Positions 1 to 14,069 of a stretch of 64,000 nucleotides of DNA are shown piece by piece. The notes beneath the pieces were generated by a model. That model was given only the letters and a program-made list of their open reading frames with translations, searched no databases and was not told the origin of the DNA. The DNA comes from Eledone cirrhosa (Eukaryota). Numbering within the stretch: the first letter of the stretch is position 1; the number at the start of each line of letters is the position of its first letter. The position numbers and the translations under genes are program-made. The DNA is taken from assembly GCA_964016885.1 (NCBI GenBank), contig OZ024750.1:10850001-10914000 (forward strand), written 5' to 3'.

Positions 1-850
1 TATATATATATAAATATATACATATATATATATATAAACATAGGTATATATTTATATATACACTTATATATATATAAATATATATATATAAATATATACA
101 TATATATATATATATAAATATATACATATATATATATATATATAAATATATACATATGTTTATATATATATATATATATATACTTACACAGTCATACATA
201 GCGTATGTTGAATGTATATGAGTTATGTTTGTGTACGTGTATGCACTTATATAACCCGGGAATTCAAGTCAAATTTAAATGCAGTTATAGAAATCCCATA
301 AATAATATATTAGCGATAGGAAAAACTTTCATTGAAAGTACATATATCATTGTATTGGAGACTGTAATAACATATGAGAGGCTTTATTTTTTCTTTAAAC
401 TCTAAGTCTATTAGCTAACTGGTTTACATCTTAGTAATATTACTATGATCAGTATTCAATGATATATATCAACGCAGCTAATGAAAGAGTAAATATAATC
501 TATCAACTTGTGGCTTATATTTTCTCCAAACGACCACCATTATAACACTTCCATTGCTTGATATAAATATAATAATAAGATATAATAACGTGTATTTAAA
601 TGTTATACATACTTCTATCGTAATGCTCGAATAAATGTATGTAAAATGATTGTATACATATATATATATATATTGTTCTGTTAATACAATTCACTTAAAT
701 GACGACGGGTAGATATTTTGATAAAACAAATGAAATTTATAATCAATTAATTAAGATATGTATTCTTTCTTAGTGAGTCCACAGGATGATAGTGAAAAAG
801 TTAGTAAGACTTATGTGAACGAAAGATGGAAAAATAGAAAATTCAAAAGG

Positions 851-1020
851 TATACTGTATGTTTAATTAAAAACATTTTGAACACCATGCGCTATGAGTT
901 TTAAAGTAGTGACTATGTCACTTACTTATTCTCGGCAAAAATGCCGAGAATAAGTAAGTCACTACTTTAAAACTCATAGCGAATGGTCTTCAAAATGTTT
1001 TTAATTAAACATACAGTATA
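851..1020. repeat. Long inverted repeat (fold-back)
   Basis: tatactgtatgtttaattaaaaacattttgaa... / ...ttcaaaatgtttttaattaaacatacagtata; a relative lies at 13863-13972. Confidence 0.9.
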
Positions 1021-1077
1021 TTGCCAAATATACTATACATACATTCATATATATATATATATATACGATATATTAAC

Positions 1078-1408
1078 AAATGGAAACTATATTTATAAAA
1101 CCATATTTATTTCATTATACATATTTCAAGGACACCAAGTCAAATTATGGTGCGCTTTCATCAGATAAAATATAATAGAGATCAGTTTTATAAATAAATA
1201 TTGACATACCCTTAAAGAATGCGACCATTTCTGTTTTAAGCTCCCGGATAGTCAGAAATGGTCGCATTCTTTAAGGGTATGTCAATATTTATTTATAAAA
1301 GTGATCTAAATTATATTTTATCTGATGAAAGCGCACCATAATTTGACTTGGTGTCCTTGAAAAATGTATAATGAAATAAATATGGTTTTATAAATATAGT
1401 TTCCATTT
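1078..1408. repeat. Long inverted repeat, ~155-bp arms, hammerhead-bearing
   Basis: Near-perfect arms around a ~20-nt spacer at ~1235-1253. Confidence 0.95.
1114..1170 (-). ncRNA. Type I hammerhead-like motif (mirrored at 1316-1372, + strand)
   Basis: TTTTAT-CTGATGA-aagcgcacca[loop]tggtgtcctt-GAAATATGTATAAT; same flanks as 35121-35178. Confidence 0.6.
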
Positions 1409-1508
1409 AACAAATGTATCGTATTTTTACTCCAATAATTTGTTGAGTGCTTTATATCAGTTATAAAAATATTTTCTTGTTGTATCCCAACAATTTAAAT
1501 ATAACTTC

Positions 1509-1573
<65 letters not shown>

Positions 1574-1762
1574 AGTATTAATATATAAGAGAACAAAGAA
1601 TCAGAGTTGCATCATATACATATTTAATTACATATTACATATGTTTCACTGTCGATCAGCTCGAGGAACGATCTATTAATGATCGGAAGTATGTAGACTC
1701 GCCTCTATTGATACTCTGCTCTCCAAGAGCATCGAGTGCGCATTCGGCATACCGCCTTAACA

Positions 1763-1795
<33 letters not shown>

Positions 1796-1861
1796 CAGTA
1801 GAACACTGGAGGGTTATATCCGTAGTGGTAGAGCACCCAGTCCGTGGGAGGAGTTTGGTAG

Positions 1862-2006
1862 AAGTAGTTCCACAACAGTTAGTTCACCATACTGAGAACA
1901 AATGTTTCACCTTATTCAGATCCTCAGCTCGATTTAGACCGTCCTGGGGGTTCGAATAAGGTGAAACATTTGTTCTCGGTATGGTGAACTAACTGTTGTG
2001 GAACTA

Positions 2007-2009
<3 letters not shown>
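1862..2009. repeat. Inverted repeat, ~55-bp arms
   Basis: aagtagttccacaacagttagttcaccata... and its reverse complement; lies between (TA)n and (CT)n. Confidence 0.9.
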
Positions 2010-2089
<80 letters not shown>

Positions 2090-2984
2090 AATATATATAT
2101 ATATATATTACTCGTGTAGGACACCTCGGTTATTTTTCATTTTGTAAAAAAAACCTCACTTTCTAATATATATATGGTAATATTGGGGTCTTCCAATATA
2201 TATGCTGGTAAAGATGAGAGAAGCTCGATGCTATCCAGTTTCCTTAGTGCAGGAGTAATTCCAGAATCGCATATAGTTAGCCGATCTCTCGTATGCTTAT
2301 TAACCGTACTCCATATATTACATGTTCATATTTTCATCACTTTACAAATATCTTGACTCTCAGCTAGTTTCACCAATTTATTACCACTTCACTTAATTGA
2401 ATTTTATGGCGAAAAGAATATTTACATATCTTCGCATTTCAGTTTACTTATTTCCTTTTAATACAGTCTTAATACGTTAAGTAAATATAGAAACTATATC
2501 GTCGGTATAAATAAATAATAAATCATTTGATCATACTAATACATTAATGTTTTTTGTCCGGCCTACATCGCTGATTTAAAATCGTAGATGAAATATTTCT
2601 ATAGAGGAAAATTAAAGACGATTTAATGACTGATCTATATTTTAATATAGTTTCCTTCAACAAATTAAAGCTAACGATAGACTGTAAAGTATGTCTAGCT
2701 GACCGCTTGATATGATTAGATTAATATTATTGAGTTATTGCAGTTCTTCTTACAGTTTCTACATTGATATGTCTATATAACGTTTGAATGATTTATTCCA
2801 TATGCAACAGATGTCATACATATCATATATGAAATAAAATAACTGGTTCTTTTGAATGTGATGTTGGTTATATGTTTATGATTGTCTGTATAATACATAG
2901 ATACATGGAGTTCTAGATGGATTATATCTGACAAGACACAAGGCATGATGGTCATGACCAGAACGCCTTTTGATTATGTATCTA

Positions 2985-3450
2985 TTTAGAGCGGGTAAAA
3001 TTCCCGAGATCCATGGACGAGTTCTCTTCAGCGGTCTCTGCCTCTCATCGTCGCTGCCATGTTCTGCGTCTCCAAGAGACCAGTGTCTGTCCTTAGGACA
3101 TCAACGTGTGTCCACCTCGGTCTCCCTCTTCTAGTGTGTCCGTGCAGGGGCTCCTACGAGAGCACTGAGTGTAGTGTCAACTCTGGATGTCGGTGAGCAT
3201 GTCCAGCTAACCTCAGTCTCCTCTGTGCTACTCTCGAGCTGACTTTTCGGAGGCTCCCGTACAGCTCTGAGTTCTTCACCCTGTTAAAATATACACCAGT
3301 TATAATCATTGCTCATCCTCAGTGTATACTGATTAATGTTGAGAGCCATCCTCAGCATTCTCGTGTAGCACCCATCCACCATCTGAGTGAGTTTCTTGGT
3401 CAGTGTCCCGTACAGCAGCACAGATTTCACTGCAGCAACGAAGAGACGGA
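2985..3450 (-). mobile_element. RTE-like LINE 3' fragment (family A)
   Basis: Degenerate [36 protein letters not shown]. Confidence 0.85.
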
Positions 3451-4408
3451 TTATAGGTTTGTTTTATTTGGGACTAAAAGAGAATATCAATATATACCTG
3501 AATATATCACGGCTCACGGCTCTAGTTATCGTATCTGATCGTCAGGCATGACGGTGGAATCAATTTATTTGATAATTAAAAAAAAAAAAAGTTTTCTCGT
3601 TGATTTTAGACACACTTTTGCAGGCAACTTTAATTACAATTTGCAGGCAATTTTAATTATATTTTGCAGCAATTTTAATTACACTCTTGCATTTATCTAT
3701 TGAATTCTGTTAAATATTTAGGTACATGGTTCTATTTTATAGCTTACAACATTGTTGTCTAGACAAATTAGTTCCTTGACTAGACTTAGTTTTAGCTTTA
3801 ATACTTTAGTAAGAAATATGTAAATATTTCAGTGAGCGTAATATTTAAAAATGCAAATTATATTATTCTGCAAATTTGCTCAGAAGATTGAAGGTAAAGT
3901 TATTATAATCTTTTGACATGCTGCAGTATAGTTTTATTTTTTTCATTTTCTCTCCTTAATAGTTTTAATTTCATACATCAGTTGATTTTATAACTGCTAA
4001 TTATACAGACGATATGAAAGACAATATCGACTAAATTCTCAATTTCTCACATCACCGTATACACTGGGAGAATCTTTTATGAAAGAATATGTTTAAAAAT
4101 AAAATATCACATAATTCCACACCGGCGCCTTCTATGAAATGGCTTGACATATTTAATAGTAAAGTGTATTAACGATCCAGATTGAGTATTTTTATTGTTT
4201 AATTATTCACATAACGTATATATATATATATATGTATAAAGAGAGAGAGAGAGAGAGAGAAAGGGAAGGAGAAAGAGAGAGAGTAGAGAGAGAAGGAGAG
4301 AGAAGAGAGAAGGAGAGAGAGGAGAGAGAGAGAGGAGGGAGAGAGAGAGAGAGGTGGAGAGAGAGAAGAAAGGAGAAAAAAGAGCAGAGAGAGAAAGAGG
4401 AGAGAAAG

Positions 4409-4512
<104 letters not shown>

Positions 4513-4894
4513 TCTGTGGTGCTGAGACCGGGGAGACCATTAATCGTGATCATGAGAGATGCAGAGTGGGTTCAGAGATATGTAAAATCCTAGCATCAGG
4601 TTGTTTGTGAACCCTCACAACACCGTAGAGATCATATATATACACACACTGAGATGGACTACGACAATACTTTCCAGTAGGACACAAAGTTCTTTGAAAT
4701 CACAAATCATATTGTCAGTTTATAGTTGTTTTGGGGGGAAAGGAACATTCTGAAATATGGTCGTGAATTTATGACTTAGAAGATGGATAACTTAAGGGTT
4801 AATTGTTGATTCTAGATTGTGCTGCTTGTACACTCTTTTACTGCGAAAATATTAGAGGTAAAAAAAGGATCGATCGCCTTTCGTCAAATCGGAC

Positions 4895-5080
4895 CGAGGA
4901 AACATTGTTTCCGTTGGTCTTTCCAGTTGCTAATACTATCTATCGGTCGCAACTCCAGGTAGAAGGAGCATCGTAAAATAAAGTGTCTTGCTGATGTACA
5001 TAATGCATCGTCCGGTCCAGGAATCGAACACACAACCTCAAGATTGCGAATCCAATTCTCTAACCACTCAGCCACATGCC
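4895..5080 (-). mobile_element. tRNA-derived SINE (family S2)
   Basis: ggcatgtggctgagtggttagagaattggattcgcaat..gttcgattcc; homologous to 38626. Confidence 0.85.
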
Positions 5081-5690
5081 TTTAGAGGTAATAAGTGAAT
5101 TAACACTGTGAAAATCACTCAGTTTTGATATGTAAGCCAATGTCATATTTTTCCTTTCATCATTACCTTCTCAATACAAAATTTAATTCTCAATCAAATA
5201 CGAAAACTATTTATTCGATTGTCTTCATTTGGAAATATTCTGGCACTGTATCAATAAAAGAAAGCATTATTAATTAGGTCCCTTTAAAGTAATTTATACT
5301 CTTTTAAACTCCTTAAGATTTCCCTCAAATACCCCTTCCTACTTGCACCACCAATTACACACATGTCGTCATGAATGATTGCCAAACCTTAATATTAATG
5401 GTAGAGACGGCAAATTGACATGAATAATAAATTAGTATAGGTGACGAATTGGCAATGTCGTTCGAGCATAGACCAAGATGACTTGCAATGATGGTTCCAA
5501 CACTGCGTCTTAGTTTAAATCCAGCCGAGTTCAACTTTATATTTCATACTTCCGTGATCGATGAAATAATGTGCCAGTCCTGAGTCCTGAGCAATGGATT
5601 TGCCGTGACCATCTGAGACCTGAGCGTTGGATGAGACGTAGTGTGATATTTGTGGAGGCTTCTTACGATCTAAAGTCAAATAACATCGTG

Positions 5691-5816
<126 letters not shown>

Positions 5817-5858
5817 AAATATGATAATAATGGAGCTGCGGCGTTGCAAATGGGATAC

Positions 5859-6030
5859 ATATGAAAAAGTGAGTCCTTCATCAGTGACCCTCCAACCGTC
5901 CTGGGCATTTCATCGCTTTAAGGGCCATATGCCTCGGGTTGGCCGTTGTTCGCACCAACCCGAGGCATATGGCCCTTAAAGCGATGAAATGCCCAGGACG
6001 GTTGGAGGGTCACTGATGAAGGACTCACTT

Positions 6031-6038
<8 letters not shown>
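5859..6038. repeat. Perfect inverted repeat, ~84-bp arms, 12-nt loop
   Basis: Arms match exactly and contain CTGATGAAGG; flanked by (TA)n. Confidence 0.95.
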
Positions 6039-6080
<42 letters not shown>

Positions 6081-6193
6081 TCAGACTGCTATATACAGTG
6101 TATAAATAAATAAATAAATATATATATATATATATATCCAGAGAGAGTAGCGGTGAAGTTACTGTAGGTTCACCTAGGTTATTACTACAAATC

Positions 6194-6230
6194 GAACCAT
6201 GAGCTGGTTAATAGCGAAACGCGCGTCACC
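6194..6230 (+). ncRNA. Degenerate hammerhead remnant (PLE/retrozyme type)
   Basis: ccATGA-GCT ggttaat AGC-GAAACGCGCGTC followed by AATAAA; the CUG of the core is mutated. Confidence 0.45.
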
Positions 6231-6265
6231 AATCAATAAACGTAATGAAGGCTTAACAAATCGTT

Positions 6266-6299
<34 letters not shown>

Positions 6300-6367
6300 G
6301 TATGTAGGTATGCGAGAACATTTTAGATGGAGAGAAAGAGAAAGAAATCTAAGAAAAGTGGAAATAA

Positions 6368-6424
<57 letters not shown>

Positions 6425-6629
6425 CACACATATATAAAATATACAATATAGAACCTCCACATACACATATAATAGAAACGTGCTACAAAGCTTTCCAGTA
6501 AGGTATTCAGCAGTGAAAGATTTATGTTTATGGCTATTATGAATCTTATGAATCGGAAAAGGTAGAAAATAAATGGTACACCTGAATTATAACATTATAT
6601 ATCATTGGGAGAGATTTCTTTTAAAAAAC

Positions 6630-6703
6630 AAATCTACATATATTTGTATATATATGTTTTATATGTGTGCGTAGTTATATACATCCCACATAATATGCGT
6701 GTT

Positions 6704-6775
<72 letters not shown>

Positions 6776-6821
6776 TGTGGGTGTGTAAATATGTATGTGT
6801 GTATATAAATATATATATATA

Positions 6822-6874
<53 letters not shown>

Positions 6875-6928
6875 ATGTATGTATGTGTATGTATATAAAT
6901 ACATATATATGTATAAATAAATAAATAA

Positions 6929-6961
<33 letters not shown>

Positions 6962-7119
6962 AATAAATATATATATGGGTATATGGGTATGTATATATAT
7001 ACATATATATATATATATATAAATAAATAAATAAATATATATATATATGTATAAATAAATAAATATATATATGTGTATGTATATATATACATATATATGT
7101 ATAAATAAATAAATAAATA

Positions 7120-7182
<63 letters not shown>

Positions 7183-7438
7183 TGTGTATATATATATGCA
7201 TATATATATATATATATGTATGTAAGTATGTAGGCACATAAATATAAAGTGTTTTGTGTGAATGTCTTTATTTGGTTCTACATCATTTATACAGGGGCTG
7301 AACTCTTCCCATGTATACTTAACGTCCGATGTAAACGTTCATGGGCCCGAGTATATATATATGTATGTTTGTTTGGTATACACAATCATACGCACACAAA
7401 CGTACCTATACATACACACAAACACACATACATGTATA

Positions 7439-7485
<47 letters not shown>

Positions 7486-7533
7486 GTGTGTGTGTGTGTG
7501 TATATATGCATATGTATATATATATATATATGC

Positions 7534-7569
<36 letters not shown>

Positions 7570-7693
7570 GCATATGTATATATATATATATATGCATATA
7601 TATATATATATATATATATACATGCATATGTATGTATATATATATATACATACGTATATATATAAATACAAATATATATATATATATACATGC

Positions 7694-7731
<38 letters not shown>

Positions 7732-7779
7732 GTATATATATAAATACAAATATATATAAATACATATGTATAGTATATA

Positions 7780-7840
<61 letters not shown>

Positions 7841-7880
7841 ATGCATGTGTGTATCTGTATACATATTTGTATGCATGCTA
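6630..7880. repeat. Large imperfect (TA)n/(TG)n microsatellite field
   Basis: Similar fields at 1-185, 8740-9160, 48140-48620, 53605-53965, 59720-60110. Confidence 0.95.
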
Positions 7881-8132
7881 ATATGTGTATATAAAATGGT
7901 AAAAGTGTTTATAATTTCGATACTTTCCTAAAGGTAATTTACTTAAAAGGGCCACATACATATGTGTTATACAAGCTATTATCTAGCCACAAATATATAT
8001 TGATGTGATACGCATTGATTCACAACAACGTTTGATCTTTTACCTAGTAATATATTTAAAATAACATCGTTTGGTACACATATGAGTATATGCACATCTA
8101 AATCAGTATATATATATATATATAGGAAAATG

Positions 8133-8231
8133 TTTAACCCCGACGACAGAGCTCAAGCCGTTTCGACGGCTATTTCTGGACCGTTCAGAAATAGCCGTCG
8201 AAACGGCTTGAGCTCTGCCGTCGGGGTTAAA
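8133..8231. repeat. Inverted repeat carrying a hammerhead 3' half
   Basis: ...ccgtc-GAAACGGC ttgagctct GCCGTC-GGGG; the palindrome centre coincides with the would-be stem II. Confidence 0.85.
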
Positions 8232-8328
8232 CTTTTTCCTATTACCCACTCTACTACCCTAATTATAGAGTACTCTGGTGCGTTATGGTCCATCTGGTTC
8301 CTTACCACACTTCCTTCGTTATATATAT

Positions 8329-8362
<34 letters not shown>

Positions 8363-8517
8363 TTATAAGGATTAGAATACTGGAGCGTGTTTGAGTCAAA
8401 CACTCTCTTCGTATTATAGAAATGACAGTAAAAGGTACAGCTCAATGCAGTTAAACAGAGCCAAAAAATTAAGAGAGTAAAACAAAGAATCCTTTAATAC
8501 ATCAAAAGTTTTTATTA

Positions 8518-8555
8518 GCCGACAATGTTTCGTCCTATTAAGGACTCATCAGGGC
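8518..8555 (-). ncRNA. Minimal type I hammerhead ribozyme
   Basis: GCC-CTGATGA-GTCCT taat AGGAC-GAAAC att GTC-GGC: intact core, stems I, II and III, GUC cleavage triplet, then AATAAA. Confidence 0.85.
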
Positions 8556-8581
8556 AATCAAAACAACAAGAGGTAATTTCG

Positions 8582-8608
8582 GCAGATACAAGCCAGAAAC
8601 TCTGAAGA

Positions 8609-8670
<62 letters not shown>

Positions 8671-8737
8671 ATTTATATATATATATATATAAATATATAT
8701 ATATATAAATTCTTCAGAGTTTCTGGCTTGTATCTGC
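8582..8737. repeat. Inverted repeat around a (TA)n core
   Basis: gcagatacaagccagaaactctgaagaattt-(TA)n-aaattcttcagagtttctggcttgtatctgc. Confidence 0.9.
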
Positions 8738-8782
8738 TTGTATTTATATATATATATATATATATAAATATATATATATATA

Positions 8783-8880
<98 letters not shown>

Positions 8881-9091
8881 TATATATATATATTTATATA
8901 TATATATTTATATATATATATTTATATATATATATTTATATATATATATATTGTATATGTGTATTATATATATATGTATATTTTATATGTATATTATATA
9001 TATATATTATATATATATATTTATTATATATATATATATTATATATATATTATATATATATAAATATTATACATATATATTATATATATAT

Positions 9092-9147
<56 letters not shown>

Positions 9148-9359
9148 TATGTGTGTGTGTGGGAGAGAGAGGGGGAGAAAGAGAAAGAGAAAGAGCAAAC
9201 AGCACTGTACCATGAATAAATATATTAGCTTAAAGTTTGCTATAGTTCTAAAAGTGTCTTTATATTTCGGACACTAGTCCTTTATCTGAATATAGAATGA
9301 GAAATAAAAGATGATAGGATACTAAGCAGCCGAATAAAAAATGTGGTTGAGAGGAAGAG

Positions 9360-9840
9360 CAAAGCCCGGGCGGCGTGCTACAGTTTGAGATTGGTGTGGA
9401 AGTCGGACCTTCGTTGCTGTTGTCGAGTCTGTGCTGCTGTACGGGTCTGAGACTTGGACACTGACCAAGACACTCACTCAGATGATGGATGGATGCTACA
9501 CGAGAATGTTGAGGATGGTTCTGAATATTAATCAGTATATACTGAGGATGAAGAACTCAGAGCTGTATGGGAGCTTCCGAAAAGTCAGCTCAAAAGTGAC
9601 ACAGAGGAGACTGAGGTTAGCTGGACATGCTCACCGACATCCAGAGTTGACATTGCACTCAGTGCTCCTGTGGGAGCCCCTGCATGGACACACTGGAAGA
9701 GAAAGACCGAGGTTGACATATGTTGATGCACCAAGGACAGACATTGGTCACTTGGAGACGTAGGACATGGAAGCGATGATGAGGGACAGAGACCGATGGA
9801 GAGAACTCGTCCATGGATCTCGGGAATTTGGCCCGCCCTA
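9360..9840 (+). mobile_element. RTE-like LINE 3' fragment (family A)
   Basis: [37 protein letters not shown].. Confidence 0.9.
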
Positions 9841-9909
9841 TATATATATATTATATATATCATATAAGAAACGGAGAAACAGTGGTGCGACGAATTAGAA
9901 TGTATTAGA

Positions 9910-10000
9910 CATATTACAATCGTTTCTCTGGCGACCAGCTCGAGGCACGATCGATGCGATGACCGAACCTGACTCTATGATCGCAAGATCTTCAGATACG
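9910..10000 (-). ncRNA. Type I hammerhead ribozyme with long stem II
   Basis: CGTAT-CTGAAGA-tcttgcgatca...tggtcgccaga-GAAAC gatt GTA-ATATG. The 3' half of a relative lies at ~1631-1675 (-). Confidence 0.75.
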
Positions 10001-10186
10001 GCTCAATCCCTCGAAGCAGAGTTTCCAAAATTTGCCAGAGAAACGATTTACCAAAGTTTAATAAATTCTAATCCGTCGCACCACTGCTTCTCGTTTTCTT
10101 TTGTGATATTATATTCTGCTCTGTAAGAGTATCGAGTGCTCAAACGGCCTACCGCATACGGGCGCTTTAAGCATTCCACACCAAAT

Positions 10187-10236
<50 letters not shown>

Positions 10237-10787
10237 TATGTGCGTGTATATATATTTATGTATGTTCTTCTGGTTTTATAATTTCACAAAGTTTTACCAA
10301 TAGAGAGAGAGTCGGTTTCTAACATAGACACAAGACTCTCTCATTGGAATTAACATCAACTAGGTAAATATGTATGTATGCATGCATGTGTAGATATGGA
10401 TGTTATTGTATGTGTGGGTGTGTATGTTTTGAGTTGTATGTGTGCATGTGCATATGCTTTGTATCTGTATATGTGTATATGCAGTTATTAGATGCAAAAT
10501 ATTTGGAATGTTTTACATATTTTTACTGTTCCATTAATGGATTGTACTTGTAACTTCCTAACTAGTTGTGTTCTTTCTGTTCCTGTGAAACCTAGCTTCT
10601 CAAGATTTGTATTGAGGCATTTACTAACATATCCCAGTGCCCCAATAATCACAGGCATAAATCTGAAGGTGTAATCAGGGTGGAGTATCTACAGATTTCT
10701 CATCAGTTCTACATAAATGTATGTGTGTATGTATGTATGTATGTATGTGTGTGTGTGTATGTACAGGCACACACACAGACACACACA

Positions 10788-10828
<41 letters not shown>

Positions 10829-11157
10829 AGTTTTAAATAAATGTACATACATATATAGAAGGGGTTTTCTAGACTGAAAGATATCCGTAAGTAAAGAGAA
10901 GAGTGCTGGGGTAGAGATAGCTTAAATCGTTCACCTGCCATGTAGACACCTTTGTTACTAAATATAAGTCAAACTGAATTAACAACCATCATCTTCATTA
11001 TTCTGATTAACCTAATAATACCGCCTACTCCAGCTTCTGAATTCTTAGCAAATCGCGCAATCTCTCTCTCTCTGTCTCTCAGACTCTATCCCTCTCTCTC
11101 TCACTCTATCTCCCCCCCTCTCTCTCTCTCTCTCACACACACATTCTCTATCTCCTT

Positions 11158-11196
<39 letters not shown>

Positions 11197-11624
11197 TATC
11201 TCTCTCCCTCTCTCCATCCTTCAGCCTCTTTACACACACACGTGCGTGTGTGGTGTGTGTGTGCATAAAGGTACATATGTGAGTAAGTCTGTATCTACCC
11301 GTATCTACCTGTACATTAGTCTGTGTCTACCTGTATCTAAGTCTGTAACAGTATCGAAATTATATTGCGAGGAGCTGGTACTCAGACAAGACAGTCAGTG
11401 AAGCTACAGTTGATCCCTCGGCTTTTATCTCCCTAATATAGTGGGATTACCTCCACGTATTAACCTACTAACACCATTTTGATTATTTCTAATTAACCTA
11501 ATTTTCATTCTTACATTTTTTTTTATTATTATTTTATATTGAATTATATTTCTATTATGATTCTTAAGTTTTGGAGGCGTCTTAGGCCCCGTCATTTTTT
11601 TTTTGTCATTCTTAGCTCCCTGTT

Positions 11625-11882
11625 TTTTTTTTGTTTGTATCCTCTCCGCCTCTCTTATATACCCCCTCCCCCATCTGTTTGTCTCCTCTCCGCCTCTCTT
11701 ATCCTGTTATATATCCCCCCCCCATATGTTTGTCTCCTCTCCGCCTCTCTTATCCTGTTATATATCCCCCCATCTGTTTGTCTCCTCTCCGCCTCTCTTA
11801 TGCCGTTATATATCCTCCTCGCCCCATCTGTTTGTCTCCCCCCTCCTCTCATCTCTTATCCTGTTATATACCCCCCCCCCCC
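11625..11882. repeat. ~50-bp minisatellite (~5 copies)
   Basis: ccatctgtttgtctcctctccgcctctcttatcctgttatatatcccc. Confidence 0.85.
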
Positions 11883-12004
11883 ATCATCGCTTTTCCTTTT
11901 GTTTTCGAGAATTAATGAAAGAACTGTCTGTTAAGATGCTGTGAACATTCATAAGTAAATTATTAAAGAGTACATAGAGATGGAATTTTGTTGCTGTTGG
12001 TGGT

Positions 12005-12210
12005 GGTGTTAGTGGTGGTGCTCGAGGTGGTGTGGGAGTGTTAGTGGTGGTGCTCGAGGTGTGTGGGAGTGTTAGTGGTGGTGCTCGAGGTGGTGTGGGA
12101 GTGTTAGTGGTGGTGCTCAAGGTGGTGTGGGAGTGTTAGTGGTGGTGCTCGAAGTGGTGTGGGAGTGTTAGTGGTGGTGCTCGAGGTGGTGTGCGAGTGT
12201 TAGTGGTACT
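12005..12210. repeat. 32-bp minisatellite (~6 copies)
   Basis: gtgttagtggtggtgctcgaggtggtgtggga. Confidence 0.9.
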
Positions 12211-12599
12211 GGTGGTGGTGGTAGTCGTAGCGGTGGTAGTGATAGAGGTGATGGTCGGCGTTGTCATAGTTTAACTATAGCTGAGCTCTCTCTGATAGAA
12301 GGACGCCTGATGAATGACATTGCAACTGCGACCATCTCATCCTTTTTCTATAACTAGTATCTAGTAGCCAACCAGTCCTCCCTTTTTAAGAAGTCGAGGT
12401 CCGATTTAAAGGTGATTTTGCTTTAATTTCCGAAAAGGTTGAGCGCCCAGGCAGAAGGTTCACCGCTGGATCTAAAGATGTTTCCTAGGGTTGTTGTTGT
12501 TGTTTAGACCGGGATGTATTTGAACCTAGTAAAACGTACGATCAAGGGCAGTTGAGCCATAAACGTTACATGCTTTCATTCGTATTTACACTACTAGTC

Positions 12600-12633
<34 letters not shown>

Positions 12634-12677
12634 GCATTCGGATCTAGCTGTGGAAACGGCCGGAGTGAGTTCAGCCG

Positions 12678-12877
12678 NNNNNNNNNNNNNNNNNNNNNNN
12701 NNNNNNNNNNNNNNNNNNNNNNNNNNNNNNNNNNNNNNNNNNNNNNNNNNNNNNNNNNNNNNNNNNNNNNNNNNNNNNNNNNNNNNNNNNNNNNNNNNNN
12801 NNNNNNNNNNNNNNNNNNNNNNNNNNNNNNNNNNNNNNNNNNNNNNNNNNNNNNNNNNNNNNNNNNNNNNNNNNNNN
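12678..12877. other. Assembly gap (200 N)
   Basis: Run of N. Confidence 1.
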
Positions 12878-13337
12878 TGTACATATCTATTTTATGATTC
12901 TCACTGAACAAGCCTTCCTCATTTCTTTTTCATGGAAACTTTTAATGAGCTGAGATTAACAGTCGGTGTATATTTTACAATTTCTATGGGTGTATATCGT
13001 CATAAAATGTAATTAGAAAGTTACACCATATATCAAATGGCAGGCAGGATAAACAATTGCACACACGTGTGTATATAGATAAACAGACAAGAAACATCGT
13101 ACAAATGTCTAAAAAAAAAAATCTAAAGTTTGTTTCAAACCTGAAGGCTTGTCAGGCCGGTGCTTATCCCAGTTTTCGTGGCGTGAAGCGACTGAGAGTA
13201 CATAACACCTCCTGGACAGGATGACAGTCCATCGCAGTGTTAAACCCCCTAGCTACTGCTGGTACTCATTTTCAGCTGAGTACACTGGAGCAACATGAAG
13301 TGTTTTGCTGAAGAACACAACACATTATGATCGTATG

Positions 13338-13525
13338 GGTAGGATCGTATTGGCAGTATCGGTGGAGAGTGGGACGCCATGCTTTCCAGCATAGTTACGT
13401 CCCTTTATGATCTGAGTTCAAATCCCGTCGAGGTTAACTTTGCCTTTCATCCTTACTGGGTCGATAAAATAAAGTACCAGTAATGTACTTGGGTAATTGC
13501 TGGCCTTGTGCCAAATGTAGAAACA
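13338..13525 (+). mobile_element. tRNA-derived SINE (family S1) with 14-bp TSD
   Basis: A box tggcagtatcgg, B box gagttcaaatccc, core gcctttcatcc..ggtcgataaaataaagtaccag (Meta/MESC-domain-like by recall); TSD attatgatcgtatg at 13324 and 13526. Confidence 0.9.
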
Positions 13526-13663
13526 ATTATGATCGTATGTCCAACACACTACTAGACCAAGCAGTTTTATTGTAGGCTGGCTCAGCCTCAACTAGAAATA
13601 GAATGAAGGTGTTTGCTCCAACATAGCTGTATACCTATAAATGTCTGAAGCTTGTATATCGAA

Positions 13664-13840
13664 TAATTGTTTCTACTTTAGGAACAAGGCCAGCAATTAC
13701 CCAGTGCATTACTGGTACTTTATTTTATCGACCCCATAAGGATGAAAGGCAAAGTCAACGTCGGCGGGATTTGAACTCAGATCGTAAAGGGACGTAACTG
13801 CTGGAAAGCATGGCGTCCGACCCTCTACCGATACTGCCAA
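13664..13840 (-). mobile_element. SINE S1
   Basis: Same consensus, inverted relative to the neighbouring copy. Confidence 0.9.
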
Positions 13841-14069
13841 ATATACAATATATTTATGAATGTACTGTATGTTTATTTTAAAACATTTTGAAGGCCTTTC
13901 ACTATGTTTTTGCTGAAGCTTGGTATGTGACTATAGCCAAAGGCCTTCCAAATGTTTTTAAATAAACAGTATATTATTAAATATACAATACGTACATTCA
14001 TATATACATCGCTATTTCAGAGCTCCCACACAAATTTCTAATATATTCATGAATAAACATTTGAAAACC

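Noticed and set aside
6605-9277. Long YI/IY/CV-repeat ORFs (also 47938-48853, 53552-53990, 59561-60149) and LS/RE ORFs (4199-4593, 63235-63910)
   Set aside because: Translations of (TA)n, (TG)n and (GA)n microsatellites
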